DNA of 47,768 nt. Source: Verrucomicrobiota bacterium. Lineage in GTDB: Bacteria > Verrucomicrobiota > Verrucomicrobiia > Limisphaerales > UBA11358. The translations under genes and the position numbers were made by a program. The DNA is taken from contig JBEKSU010000002.1 of NCBI GenBank assembly GCA_049516755.1, forward strand, positions 1 to 47,768. The letters run 5' to 3'. A model generated the notes under the pieces. The model was not told where the DNA came from. It saw only the letters and a program-made list of their open reading frames with translations, and ran no database searches. Positions 1 through 9,211 of this stretch are shown here, piece by piece. Numbering within the stretch: position 1 is the stretch's first letter; each line of letters begins with the position of its first letter.

Positions 1-480
1 GCCCACCACCGCCAGCAATGCCACGCCGATGGCCAAAACGAGTTTCCGGCCGGACCCGGAACTTTCGGGCGGTGGCGCCGCGGTGACATTGGTTTGAGCG
101 GGAACGGCATTGGTGGGCATCATCGACTCCTCCTCCGGCGTTCGCGTTTCGTCCGTGATCGCGGGTGCGGACGTCGAGGGGGGCATCGGCGGCGGGGTGT
201 TGACATTGGTCGTTGTCAGGGGCGTCGCGGTGATGTTGGAACGGGCGGGAACGGCGCTGGTTGGCGTCAAAGGCACCACCGCCGCCGGTTTCACCTTGTG
301 GACAACTGCGGGTGCGGGCGCCGACGTTGCGGTGGTTGTCGGCGGGACGGCATCCGGGCTGGCGCTGGCGGGGACGCTCGAGGTTGCGCCGGCTGGCGCG
401 TTGGTTTTGGGTTCGTCAGCCAGAGCCGTCAACATTCCGGCGGCAAAGATGACAGCGGAAATATTAATCCATGCTTTCAT
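1..480 (-). CDS. Secreted Pro/Thr/Ala-rich protein with C-terminal membrane anchor (runs off left edge; not in ORF track)
   Basis: ATG at 480; open frame MKAWINISAVIFAAGMLTALA-DEPKTNAP... (signal-peptide-like), low-complexity P/T/A body, then GSGRKLVLAIGVALLAVVG at the window edge. Confidence 0.75.
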   Translation of the reverse strand, partial: MKAWINISAVIFAAGMLTALADEPKTNAPAGATSSVPASASPDAVPPTTTATSAPAPAVVHKVKPAAVVPLTPTSAVPARSNITATPLTTTNVNTPPPMPPSTSAPAITDETRTPEEESMMPTNAVPAQTNVTAAPPPESSGSGRKLVLAIGVALLAVVG

Positions 481-524
481 AAACGGGAATTTTCCAGACC
501 CGCGGTCAAAAGTCACGGGCGGAA

Positions 525-1634
525 TCAATCCTTTTTCGGCGAACTGTCGCCGGGGTTGTCACCGCCGGTCCGGGGAGCGTGGCGGAACAGGAAAACCGCC
601 AGGCCAATCGCCGCTGCCAGCAGTGCCACACCGGCGGCCAAGGCGCCTTTATGGCCGGTCGGCGGACCATTTGGCGCCGGGCGGACGACGGTATTCGTTG
701 TTACCGGCGCCGCCGCGGCAATTTTGGTTTGAGCAGGCACGGTTCCCGTTTCCATCAACAGCACCTCTTCCGGTGGTTTCACCTCGTTGGCAACCACGGG
801 TTCGGGCGTTGAGGTGGTGACCGCCGGCGGCGGATTGGTCAGCACCGGTTTCGGCGCGGGCGGCGGTTTCGGCGCGGGCGGCGGCACATGGTTGGTGATG
901 GTTGTGCCGACAATGATCAGCGGTGGAACACTGATTCGTGGCAAAGCCGGCGGCGCGGGCGCGTTCGTGGGCGCCGGGGCGGGTTCGGGCCAGGGCGGAA
1001 ACTCCGGAAAACTCGCCGGCTGGGGCGGAAAACTCACCATGCAACCGGTGTATTGGCCGCGCTGCGAGCGCAACACGATGACGATGGGCAGTCGCGCCTT
1101 GTACCGTTCGCGTTGTCGCTGCTGAAAAACCTGGTTGATCCCGGTGTCGTAGGGTGTGCCGTGGATCTCGCCATAACCGTCACAGAATATCACCGCCGTC
1201 AGCCGCTCCGACCTTTGCACGATCTGGTTCAACACCGGCATCAGCGCTTCGAACCCGGTCTTTTTTGAATACCGCTGGCTGCCGGCAAAGGCGTTGATGG
1301 TCGCCGTGATTGTGGCCGCATTGTCCGGCCGCCAGCGTTGCAGCGGAAACTGCCCGGCATGCAAAACCTGGTCGAAGGTCCACACGCCAAGGCTGTCGCC
1401 GGAATGCAGCTGCCCGTTCGCATTGGTCGCCAGAACGTCGCTGAGCGCCTTTTGCGTCGCCGACAGGCGCGGCTTCATGTCCGATGAAGTGTCAAAAACG
1501 AGCAGAAAACGGCTGTCCACGTTCGGGGCCGCCGGCTGGGCCGGCGCCGCCGGAACCAGAAATAATCCGGCGAGCAGCGACGTGAAAAAGAATAAGCGGC
1601 GGGTCATTTGGTTTTGATGCGTTTGGGTCTTCAT
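525..1634 (-). CDS. VWA-like domain protein with signal peptide, Pro-rich linker and C-terminal TM helix
   Basis: N-terminal hydrophobic leader; FLLVFDTSSDM (DxSxS-like MIDAS strand) and AVIFCDG; PAP-rich linker; GALAAGVALLAAAIGLAVFLF+RH. Confidence 0.65.
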   Translation of the reverse strand: MKTQTHQNQMTRRLFFFTSLLAGLFLVPAAPAQPAAPNVDSRFLLVFDTSSDMKPRLSATQKALSDVLATNANGQLHSGDSLGVWTFDQVLHAGQFPLQRWRPDNAATITATINAFAGSQRYSKKTGFEALMPVLNQIVQRSERLTAVIFCDGYGEIHGTPYDTGINQVFQQRQRERYKARLPIVIVLRSQRGQYTGCMVSFPPQPASFPEFPPWPEPAPAPTNAPAPPALPRISVPPLIIVGTTITNHVPPPAPKPPPAPKPVLTNPPPAVTTSTPEPVVANEVKPPEEVLLMETGTVPAQTKIAAAAPVTTNTVVRPAPNGPPTGHKGALAAGVALLAAAIGLAVFLFRHAPRTGGDNPGDSSPKKD

Positions 1635-2116
1635 TTCAATTCGCGCTTGTGACTTCGGTTAAAGCGGTTCCGTTCCGCCCGGTTGTAATTTTGCAATTCA
1701 TCCTGCAATTCCGTCAGCGCATTTTCTACCATGCGGATGAAATTCGCACAACTCGACGCCAGTCCGCCCAGGCCCGTGACCGTGTCGCGCTCGGCGATGT
1801 CATCCGTGACGGCCAGCACTTCCCCGTAGGCGCTGAACCGGTGCGCCGCGCGTTCAATCATGTCGTCGGCGGTCTGACCGGCGGACGAAAACAAGACCTC
1901 GACCGACGGATTCGATTCGGGCGGCGGCGTTCCCGCCGGGGCGCCGGAACCGTCAAAAAAAATTGTGACCGGCGTGCCCGTAGCGTCGTGGTAGCGCGTG
2001 AGCACATGAACCAGCTCCTCGCGCACGCGGGCCGAATGACGCGGCCGGCCGGGAGCCAGTTCCGGCCAGTTGTGCACCAGGCTGTAGCCGTCCACCAAGA
2101 TGCGTGCCAGGGCCAT
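1631..2116 (-). CDS. YacP/Rae1-like NYN-domain protein (PIN-fold RNase)
   Basis: ILVDGYS, IFFDG, TADDMI, AVTDD acidic motifs; 161 aa; ATGA overlap with the downstream gene. Confidence 0.85.
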   Translation of the reverse strand: MALARILVDGYSLVHNWPELAPGRPRHSARVREELVHVLTRYHDATGTPVTIFFDGSGAPAGTPPPESNPSVEVLFSSAGQTADDMIERAAHRFSAYGEVLAVTDDIAERDTVTGLGGLASSCANFIRMVENALTELQDELQNYNRAERNRFNRSHKRELK

Positions 2117-2133
2117 GGACGGAAATTAGCCCA

Positions 2134-2161
2134 AAAAGCCCAAAGTCCAAAGCCTAAAGTC
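2134..2161. repeat. Heptamer tandem repeat (~CAAAGYC x4)
   Basis: aaaagcc caaagtc caaagcc taaagtc; reverse complement of the array at 2362-2396. Confidence 0.8.
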
Positions 2162-2361
2162 ACGGGCCTGGCTGGCGGGATGTAAATTGACACTGTAATA
2201 TGGTGCGCGGCTGTCCCCAGCGCAGCGGTGGGTAAACCCGGGAGTATTCCCCCGGTTTCACCGGCGTTTTTTTTGCTTCGGGCGTGCTGCACTTGAGACC
2301 GGCGCGCCCGGTTGGTGGCGGAACGTCCCAATACGGTGTTACTTTGCGCTCTGGCCGGCTT

Positions 2362-2396
2362 GACTTTGGACCTTGGACTTTGGACTTTGGACTTGA
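2362..2396. repeat. Heptamer tandem repeat (GACTTTG x5)
   Basis: gactttg gaccttg gactttg gactttg gacttga, abutting the lspA ATG. Confidence 0.85.
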
Positions 2397-2921
2397 ATGG
2401 CCGCCGGCGACAACATTTTTCAAAAATCCAATCGCGGCATTGCCGTGCTCGCGCTGGTGGTGTTTGCGCTCGACCAGATCACCAAATGGGTGGTGCTGCG
2501 CTCGCTCGCTTTGGATGACGAAAAGACGGTCATTCCCGGCTTCTTCAAACTGGTCCATTGGGGCAACACCGGCGCGGCGTGGAGCCTCTTCAGCGGCAAC
2601 AACGCCGCGCTCGCCCTGGTGGCCCTGTTCGCGCTCATCGCGCTGTTTCTCACGCGCCACCACTTCAGCTCGCACACGCTCTCCGGCCAGATTGCCTTCG
2701 GGCTGATCTTTGGCGGCATCGCCGGCAATCTCGCCGACCGCCTGCTGCCCGGCCGCCACGCGGTCGTGGATTTTCTTTATTTTTACCTGCAACAACGCGG
2801 CGGACGCATCATTGATTTTCCCGCCTTCAACGTCGCCGACACCGCCATTTGCACCGGCGTGGGGCTGATTTTCCTCATCACCTGGAAAACCGAGCACGCG
2901 CCCAAGCCGGCGGCCAATTGA
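2397..2921 (+). CDS. lspA: Lipoprotein signal peptidase II
   Basis: LDQITK, NTGAAWS, GNLADR, VVDF, FNVAD motifs; four hydrophobic segments. Confidence 0.97.
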   Translation: MAAGDNIFQKSNRGIAVLALVVFALDQITKWVVLRSLALDDEKTVIPGFFKLVHWGNTGAAWSLFSGNNAALALVALFALIALFLTRHHFSSHTLSGQIAFGLIFGGIAGNLADRLLPGRHAVVDFLYFYLQQRGGRIIDFPAFNVADTAICTGVGLIFLITWKTEHAPKPAAN

Positions 2922-2927
2922 TGCGCC

Positions 2928-3875
2928 ATGTCCGAGCGCACGGAAAATTTCACCGTCGAAAAATCGCTCCCGTACGGGCGGATGGACACTTATTTGCGCG
3001 AAAAGTTTCCCGCCGCCTCGCGCGGCGCGTTGCAACGGCTGATGGAACAGGGCCACATCCTCGTCAATGGCCATACGGTCAAACCCACGCACAGCCCGCG
3101 CGCCGGCGAACAAATTGAAGTCCGTTGGCCGGAGGCAATGCCAGCCGAAGCCCGGCCGGAGGAAATCCCGCTCACCATTCTGTTTGAGGACCAATCGCTG
3201 CTCGTGCTGAACAAACCCGCCGGACTGGTCGTGCATCCCGGCGCCGGACACGAGGAACACACGCTCGTCAACGCCCTGCTCCATCACTGCCAGGGCTCGC
3301 TCAGCGGCATCGGCGGCGTCGCGCGGCCCGGCATCGTCCACCGGCTCGACAAGGACACCAGCGGCTGCCTCGTGGTGGCCAAAAACGACGAAACCCACAT
3401 CGCGCTTTCCGCTCAATTCGCCAGACGGCACATCAAAAAAATTTACAACGCGATCGTGTGCGGCGAACTCGCGCGCGAAGCCGGCGAAATCCGCGTCGCC
3501 ATCGCCCGGCATCCGTCACACCGCAAACGCATGGCGGCGCGCGACGACGATTCCGGCCGGGCGGCGCACACGAGCTACCGGGTGCTGGAAAAATTAAACT
3601 CGGCCACGTTCGTCGAGGTGCAAATCCACACCGGCCGCACGCATCAGGTCCGTGTGCATTTCCAATTTATCAGCCATCCGCTCGTCGGCGATGAAACCTA
3701 CGGCGCGCGGCAGAATGTGCGGTTGAAGGAGTTGACGAACTACGCCGCGCCGCGGGTGATGCTGCACGCGCGCGAGCTGTCGTTTGTTCATCCGCGCACG
3801 GAGGAGGAACTGACGTTTGAAGCGCCCCTACCGGACGATTTCCGGGAGGCGTTGAAATTTTTGAGGGTTGACTAA
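2928..3875 (+). CDS. rluD: RluA-family pseudouridine synthase with S4 domain
   Basis: N-terminal S4-like region, NKPAGLVVHP, GIVHRLDKDTSG (catalytic Asp), TGRTHQVRVH, LHA; follows lspA as is common. Confidence 0.9.
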   Translation: MSERTENFTVEKSLPYGRMDTYLREKFPAASRGALQRLMEQGHILVNGHTVKPTHSPRAGEQIEVRWPEAMPAEARPEEIPLTILFEDQSLLVLNKPAGLVVHPGAGHEEHTLVNALLHHCQGSLSGIGGVARPGIVHRLDKDTSGCLVVAKNDETHIALSAQFARRHIKKIYNAIVCGELAREAGEIRVAIARHPSHRKRMAARDDDSGRAAHTSYRVLEKLNSATFVEVQIHTGRTHQVRVHFQFISHPLVGDETYGARQNVRLKELTNYAAPRVMLHARELSFVHPRTEEELTFEAPLPDDFREALKFLRVD

Positions 3876-3876
3876 T

Positions 3877-3934
3877 TTGGTGGGGCCGGCTCTCCGGACC
3901 GGCTGCGGCGCGGTGGGGCACCACGCCCTGCCAA
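3877..3934. repeat. Degenerate REP-like palindromic element between convergent genes
   Basis: ends TTGGTGGGGC / GCCCTGCCAA are near-inverted; internal hairpin gccgg-ctctccgga-ccggc. Confidence 0.45.
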
Positions 3935-4019
3935 AGTTGATGATTGACGTTCAACTCCCAACCGCATCCCGAATGTGTCCCCCCGCGATTTATTGGAGGT
4001 CGGGGTTCAACCCGGCCGG

Positions 4020-5909
4020 TCATCGTCCCAGCCAGTGCGGCAGGAAGGTGGTCAGGGCGGGACAATAGGTGATGAGCAGCAGGCCCACAATGAGGACGCA
4101 TTGCATGGGCAGGACGGCGCGTGAAACTTGCAGGACCGGTTTCCCAAAACGATAGGATGACAGAAAGATGTTGATGCCGGCGGTCGGGGTCAACAGGCCC
4201 AGTTCCATGTTGGCCAGGAAAATGATCCCCAGGTGGATGGGATCGATGCCGTAGGCGATCCCGAGCGGCACGATGATGGGCACCACCACGACAATCGCGG
4301 AATACATGTCCATCACGCAGCCCACCAACAGCAGGCACAGGTTCAGCGCGAGGAGAAAGGCGTACTTGGAATGGACGGTCCCGGTGACCCATTCCACCGC
4401 GCGGCTGGGAATCTGGGCGTCAATCAGGTAATTGGTGAATCCCAGCGCCACACCCAGAATGAGCAGCACGCCACCCACGAGCAATCCGCACTCGGCCATG
4501 ACGCGCGCAATTTCCCGCGGGCCCTTGAAGTCGCGATAAATAAAGGTCTCGACGACAAACGCATAAAAGGCGGTGACGGCCGCCGCTTCCACCGGGGTGG
4601 CGAATCCGCCGAAGAGCGCGACGAGCGCGACGACGGGCAGGAGCAATTCCCACTTGGCCGCCCAGACCGCGCGTCCCGCCTCGCCCCGGTCGAATCCCTG
4701 GCGGGCGCCGGCGTCCTTCGGTCCGAGGCGCAGGCCCAGCCAGATGGCCATGCCCACCAGCAGCACGCCGGGACCAAACCCGGCGAGAAACATTTTTTCA
4801 ATGGTTACACCGGCGCCGGTGGCGTTGGAACCGGCGACGATGGCAAAAAGTATCAGCGGGAGCGACGGCGGAAACAGCAGTCCCAGTCCACCCGAGCCGG
4901 TGAGGATTCCCAGGGTGGAACGTTCGGAATAACCTGCGCCCACCAGCACGGGCAGGAGCAATCCGCCCAGCGCGAGAATGGTCACGCCCGACGCGCCGGT
5001 GAAGGAGGAGAAAAACGCGCAGGCCAGGACGGTGACGATGGCCGGTCCGCCGCGGAATTGTCCCAACAACGCCTGAAAAACCCGGATCAACCGTTTGGAG
5101 GCGCCGCCTTCAGCGAGAAAATAGCCGGCCAGCGTGAACAGCGGGAGCGTCGGCAGCGTGGGATTGGTCACCATCGAATAGTGCGTCAGGGAAATCGAGG
5201 CGATGGGTATGTCTTCGCCCCAGAACAGAATCAGGGCCGCGCCGCCGAGCATGACAAAGATGGGCGCGCCGAGCACAACGGCTGCCAGCAAGGCCACCAG
5301 TCCGGGCACCACCAGCCGGGCGGGAGTCAATCCCAGCGGCGGATAAAACCCGATCCAAATCATGCTTCCGGCCACGAGCAAAGCGACGAGCCGTCCGCGC
5401 CAGGTGTCCGCCGCGTGCCACAGCAGGCGCAGCGCGATGACTCCGAAGCCGAGCGGCATGATGCATTGAACGCCCCAAATTGGAATTCCGTAGGCCAGAA
5501 TTTTACCGCCGCCTTTTTCCGACTGCACCAGTTGCAGGGCCGCGAGGCAGAGAAAAACGGTGATGCCTGCGGCGAAGGCGCTGCTGAAGACGCGGGCAAA
5601 CGTCTGCCAGCGGCCTTTGAGAAAATTGGTCAGGGTGGAGAGGCTGAGCAACCGGCGATCGCGCGCGGCAAACATGCCGCCCAGCAGGCCGATGATCAAA
5701 ACCAGGTGCTGTTGCAGCGCCGAACCGCCGGCCAGACCGCCATGGAAGAATTTGCGTCCGACGATTTCGATGAGGGGCAGCAGCATCAGCGCGGCCAGGG
5801 TCAGCGCGACCAAAAGATTCTCCGCCTGCCAGAGCCAGTGGAGGCGGCCGCCCGGCCGCCGGGCGGGTTTGTCCGAATTGGAAACGGCAGGGGACATTTC
5901 GCGGATCAC
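4020..5909 (-). CDS. TRAP transporter fused small+large permease (DctQM / TatQ-M)
   Basis: 629 aa polytopic; N-terminal 4-TM DctQ-like part, then DctM motifs LPLFTLAG, LLFPPSLPLI, ATPVEAAA, GIDPIHLGII, ELGLLTP. Confidence 0.92.
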   Translation of the reverse strand: MIREMSPAVSNSDKPARRPGGRLHWLWQAENLLVALTLAALMLLPLIEIVGRKFFHGGLAGGSALQQHLVLIIGLLGGMFAARDRRLLSLSTLTNFLKGRWQTFARVFSSAFAAGITVFLCLAALQLVQSEKGGGKILAYGIPIWGVQCIMPLGFGVIALRLLWHAADTWRGRLVALLVAGSMIWIGFYPPLGLTPARLVVPGLVALLAAVVLGAPIFVMLGGAALILFWGEDIPIASISLTHYSMVTNPTLPTLPLFTLAGYFLAEGGASKRLIRVFQALLGQFRGGPAIVTVLACAFFSSFTGASGVTILALGGLLLPVLVGAGYSERSTLGILTGSGGLGLLFPPSLPLILFAIVAGSNATGAGVTIEKMFLAGFGPGVLLVGMAIWLGLRLGPKDAGARQGFDRGEAGRAVWAAKWELLLPVVALVALFGGFATPVEAAAVTAFYAFVVETFIYRDFKGPREIARVMAECGLLVGGVLLILGVALGFTNYLIDAQIPSRAVEWVTGTVHSKYAFLLALNLCLLLVGCVMDMYSAIVVVVPIIVPLGIAYGIDPIHLGIIFLANMELGLLTPTAGINIFLSSYRFGKPVLQVSRAVLPMQCVLIVGLLLITYCPALTTFLPHWLGR

Positions 5910-6934
5910 TTCCCGGCCGCTTCATGGGCGGCACGGTAAATTTTCAGCTGGCTCATGACCTCGTCAAAGATGTCGGCGGGAACGACCGTCCCGCGGATTT
6001 TGGGCCAGGCCTGTTCGGCGACCTGGTCCCATTCGGCATTGATTTCCGGGGTAAGCGTGTGGATTTTTAATCCGCGTTTGCGCATCGCCTCGATGGATTC
6101 CTCATTTTCGCGCCGGCCATCGGCCTTGATGAGTTTGCCGGCTTCCCGGGCCGATGTGCGCAATGCCTCCTGGGCCTCGGGCGAAAGGCTGTCCCAGGTT
6201 TTTTTATTGATGATGGCGGCGCCGACCAGCGGGACCCAGTTCATGTCGAGCATGTTGGGGGCGGCCGAGTCAACCTGCGTGGCCAGGGCGAACGTCGGCG
6301 GCAGGCACAGGCAATCAATCAATCCCGTCTGGAGGCCGGGCAGAATGTCGGAGACTTCGAGGGGGACGGCATTGCAGCCGACCGAGTGATAGATGGCCAG
6401 TTCAGCGGGACGGTTGGCGGAGATGAACAGCTTGGTTTTCCGGAGATCGCCGGGCGTAATCATCGGTTCCTTGGAGAAGAATCGGACAAAGCCGGTGTCG
6501 GTCCAGAAGAGCACGACGAAGCCTTTTGCCTCGAGGCGTTTTTCGAGCATCGGCTGCAATTTCTCGCCGATGTAATCCACCTCGTCAAGGGTGCGGAAGG
6601 CCTTGGGGATGGTTTGGAGCCCGGCCACCGCCGGCTCAATTTCCGTGAGGCCCGTGGTGGTCACCATCGCGGCCTGCAACTGACCCAGACGCATGCGGCG
6701 CACCATGTCGGCCTCGCTGCCCATCGTGCCATCGGCGTAAATCGTCAGTTGCACCCCGCCGCCCGGCGCCTGACGCCATTGTTCGCCCATGGCTTGCAGA
6801 TGTTTGACGTAGGAGGAGCCCTTGGGCGCCAGTGTTCCCAGCCGCACCCTTACCGGCTCGGCGCCCATGACACGGTTAACCGGAAGGAGAAAACCCAGAA
6901 CCAACGCAAGCAATCCCAACTTGGTAATTTTCAT
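5906..6934 (-). CDS. dctP: TRAP transporter substrate-binding protein (DctP/TatP type)
   Basis: signal peptide; LGTLAPKGS, GTMGSEADM, LQTGLID; lies between the T-component and permease. Confidence 0.9.
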   Translation of the reverse strand: MKITKLGLLALVLGFLLPVNRVMGAEPVRVRLGTLAPKGSSYVKHLQAMGEQWRQAPGGGVQLTIYADGTMGSEADMVRRMRLGQLQAAMVTTTGLTEIEPAVAGLQTIPKAFRTLDEVDYIGEKLQPMLEKRLEAKGFVVLFWTDTGFVRFFSKEPMITPGDLRKTKLFISANRPAELAIYHSVGCNAVPLEVSDILPGLQTGLIDCLCLPPTFALATQVDSAAPNMLDMNWVPLVGAAIINKKTWDSLSPEAQEALRTSAREAGKLIKADGRRENEESIEAMRKRGLKIHTLTPEINAEWDQVAEQAWPKIRGTVVPADIFDEVMSQLKIYRAAHEAAGK

Positions 6935-6959
6935 TTTTGTTTAATTCAGTTTAAAGCTT

Positions 6960-7023
6960 CGTAGCAGCCGAGGTAACGAGGCTCATTCTTCAAAAATGGA
7001 GCCTCCTCACGTCGGCTGCTACG
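6960..7023. repeat. REP doublet (REPIN-like), GTAG-type
   Basis: GTAGCAGCCGAGGTAACGAGGCTC (6961-6984) and inverted copy at 6999-7022, 21/24 identical, 14-nt spacer. Confidence 0.8.
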
Positions 7024-7037
7024 GTTTAGCAAGAGGT

Positions 7038-7988
7038 TCATTTTGATTCGGTTAAAAACAATTCCGACTCGCGGGACAGGAGCCAGCGCGCCCGCCGTTG
7101 CATCACGGTGTTGCGCAGCCGGATGTCCGGATTGGCATCCGGATTGATGGCCAATGCCTGGTTCAGCAGCGATTCAAATTCCTTCGCGTCCTGTTTTTGA
7201 ATGTCCACCGCCTCCGCCAGGGCGACCAGCGGCGAGGCGTCGGTTCCTCCGGAGAGGGTCATGGCGCGCTCGAAATGTTTGCGGGCGCGCGCCGCCGGAT
7301 CGCCGGCCGCGCCCGACCGGCTCATCTCGTACGTGATCATGAAGGTGTGAATCGCACCGCGGTCCCAGCTCTCGTCCAGCTCCAGCGCCCGGTCTATCAG
7401 GGCTTCCATGGCCGGAATCTGTCCGACGAGTTCGGGGTTGTCCTTGGAAAGGGAGATGGCCGAACCCCACGAGGCTGCCGTCCAATAGAGCAGGGGCACA
7501 TCCGATTTGGTGGCGGTGCGGACGGCGGCCTTGGGATTGGCCAGCAACGCCGTTCCGAAGCCGGGGTGTTTCACCTCGAGACCGCGCAGGCCGTATCCTT
7601 GGGCGCGCAGGTAGAGGTGTCGGGCCCGCACGCGCATCGTCTCGGCCGCGGCGAAGTCCTTTGGCTCCACCTCATCGGCGTCCTCCTGTACAAAGGCATA
7701 GGAATACTGGGTGAAACCGCCGGCTGCGGAAGTCAGCAGGCCCAGATGCTGTGGATTTTCCGCGAGCATGCTCTCGGTGAGTTTCAAGCCGAACGGCGCC
7801 GCGGCCTTGATGAGGTCGGGATCATCATCGCTGGCATACGTGGTGCCGCTTTGGGCCACGGCATCGGACACCTGGTTCAGGGCATAGCGATGAATGGAGC
7901 AGCCGCTGCCGGCAAACCATGCCAGCAGCAGACCGACGGGAACCCGCTGTGAAAGCAGGTTTCTTCGCACTGGAATTCTCTCATCCAT
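7038..7988 (-). CDS. tatT: TRAP transporter T-component (TatT), predicted lipoprotein
   Basis: lipobox-like AGSG-C after a hydrophobic stretch (start ATG 7988 preferred over 8030); DDDPDLIKAAAPFGLK, FTQYSYAFV, TPR-like helices, QRRARWLL; first gene of T-P-QM operon. Confidence 0.85.
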   Translation of the reverse strand: MDERIPVRRNLLSQRVPVGLLLAWFAGSGCSIHRYALNQVSDAVAQSGTTYASDDDPDLIKAAAPFGLKLTESMLAENPQHLGLLTSAAGGFTQYSYAFVQEDADEVEPKDFAAAETMRVRARHLYLRAQGYGLRGLEVKHPGFGTALLANPKAAVRTATKSDVPLLYWTAASWGSAISLSKDNPELVGQIPAMEALIDRALELDESWDRGAIHTFMITYEMSRSGAAGDPAARARKHFERAMTLSGGTDASPLVALAEAVDIQKQDAKEFESLLNQALAINPDANPDIRLRNTVMQRRARWLLSRESELFLTESK

Positions 7989-8218
7989 CAAGTCTCGTCT
8001 TTCCCGTTTCTTAATCTTCCGGACGTTCAACCGTCTTTCAGAAACATGACATTATCGGCGAAGCACGGATTCAACCGCAAGCCGCATTGCAACGGAAATT
8101 TGGCGGAAGGAGCCGCAATTGCAACTGCTGTTCGAAGCCATCCGTGGTGACGGGATGGTAAAGGCTGTTTTCGATTAGCATAAGAATTCTTAAAAAACCG
8201 GTGTTTTTGCATGGATTC

Positions 8219-8234
8219 TGGCATCGCCGATGCT
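8219..8234 (+). promoter_or_regulatory. Candidate sigma-54 (-24/-12) promoter
   Basis: TGGCATCGCCGATGCT: GG and GC separated by exactly 10 nt, just upstream of the pilin-like gene. Confidence 0.45.
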
Positions 8235-8247
8235 CGTTTACAGCATT

Positions 8248-8640
8248 ATGCGGGCAAAAAGGACATATAAAGTCTCGGGTTCGGAGGCTTTCACATTGGT
8301 GGAAATCATGATTGTGGTGGCCATAATCGGCCTGTTGGCGGCGATGGCCATTGCCAGTCTTACACGTGCCCGCGCGACATCACAGGCCAATGCCTGCATC
8401 AACAACATGCATCAGATTGACGGTGCTGTCACTGAATGGGCTTTGGAAAAAGGGAGGAAAACGGGGGACCCGGCTCCCAGCCTGACGGATGACCTGACGC
8501 CCTACATCAGGCTAAACTCCAGCAGCAGCATTCCCAGTTGTCCGGCGGGCGGCTCCTACATCATGAGCGCCGTGGGAAACATCCCTCAGATCACTTGCAG
8601 CCTCGGCAGCTCGGTTGACCCGCCTCACGTCTTGCATTGA
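8248..8640 (+). CDS. Type IV pilin-like protein (prepilin N-terminal cleavage/methylation motif)
   Basis: basic leader then A|FTLVEIMIVVAIIGLLAAMA; CINNMHQI and CPAGGSY...C; alternative start 8230. Confidence 0.9.
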   Translation: MRAKRTYKVSGSEAFTLVEIMIVVAIIGLLAAMAIASLTRARATSQANACINNMHQIDGAVTEWALEKGRKTGDPAPSLTDDLTPYIRLNSSSSIPSCPAGGSYIMSAVGNIPQITCSLGSSVDPPHVLH

Positions 8641-8760
8641 CATAAGCCGGTCTGGGTTCTTCCTGAATCCTTCTCAAGGGTACAATTTGTAAAATAGCTG
8701 TTTCACGAATGGTGCGGGTTTTCGTTCCGCGGTTCCATCCGACATTTTCGCATCCTGGCG

Positions 8761-9207
8761 TCAAGAGGTTCCGCCGCTGCGGATGATTCCGGCGATTTGC
8801 TTCGCGACTTCGCGCGCAGCCTGCTCCACCTCGGGCGTCAACGTCGTGCCGAAATTAAAATCGCGGCCGCGGATGCTGAACAGGATGGCGCGCGGCGCCC
8901 GGTCGTAGAGCGTTTTGCACAACGACAGCACGTCCGCCGGCGTCAGATAATGGGCGACGGCGTGGCTTTGGAAGTTGGGGACGACGACGGTGCGTTGGAT
9001 GGCTTCCGGCGCTTCGGGTATCGCGGCGTCCACAAAAATCACGGCGTCAAAACGGCTGATGGTTTCGGAAGCCTCGATTTCAAGCTGCTGGCTGGTTTCC
9101 AGTTCCACGCCGGGGAGGCCCAGCGCGGCCAGTTGTTCGAGCACGAACCAGCCGACGCCGTCGTCGCGGCGGCTCTGGTTGCCGTAGCCAAGAATGAGGG
9201 TGGTCAC
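8761..9207 (-). CDS. hoxW: [NiFe]-hydrogenase maturation endopeptidase
   Basis: LILGYGN..RRDDGVG, VIFVDA, H-x-L-T-P motif; GTG start; directly after the large subunit. Confidence 0.9.
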   Translation of the reverse strand: MTTLILGYGNQSRRDDGVGWFVLEQLAALGLPGVELETSQQLEIEASETISRFDAVIFVDAAIPEAPEAIQRTVVVPNFQSHAVAHYLTPADVLSLCKTLYDRAPRAILFSIRGRDFNFGTTLTPEVEQAAREVAKQIAGIIRSGGTS

Positions 9208-9211
9208 AAGA

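Noticed and set aside
2200-2275. Riboswitch or ncRNA in the NYN-lspA gap
   Set aside because: A hairpin and T-run are present but match no RNA family I can recognise; a covariance-model search would be needed
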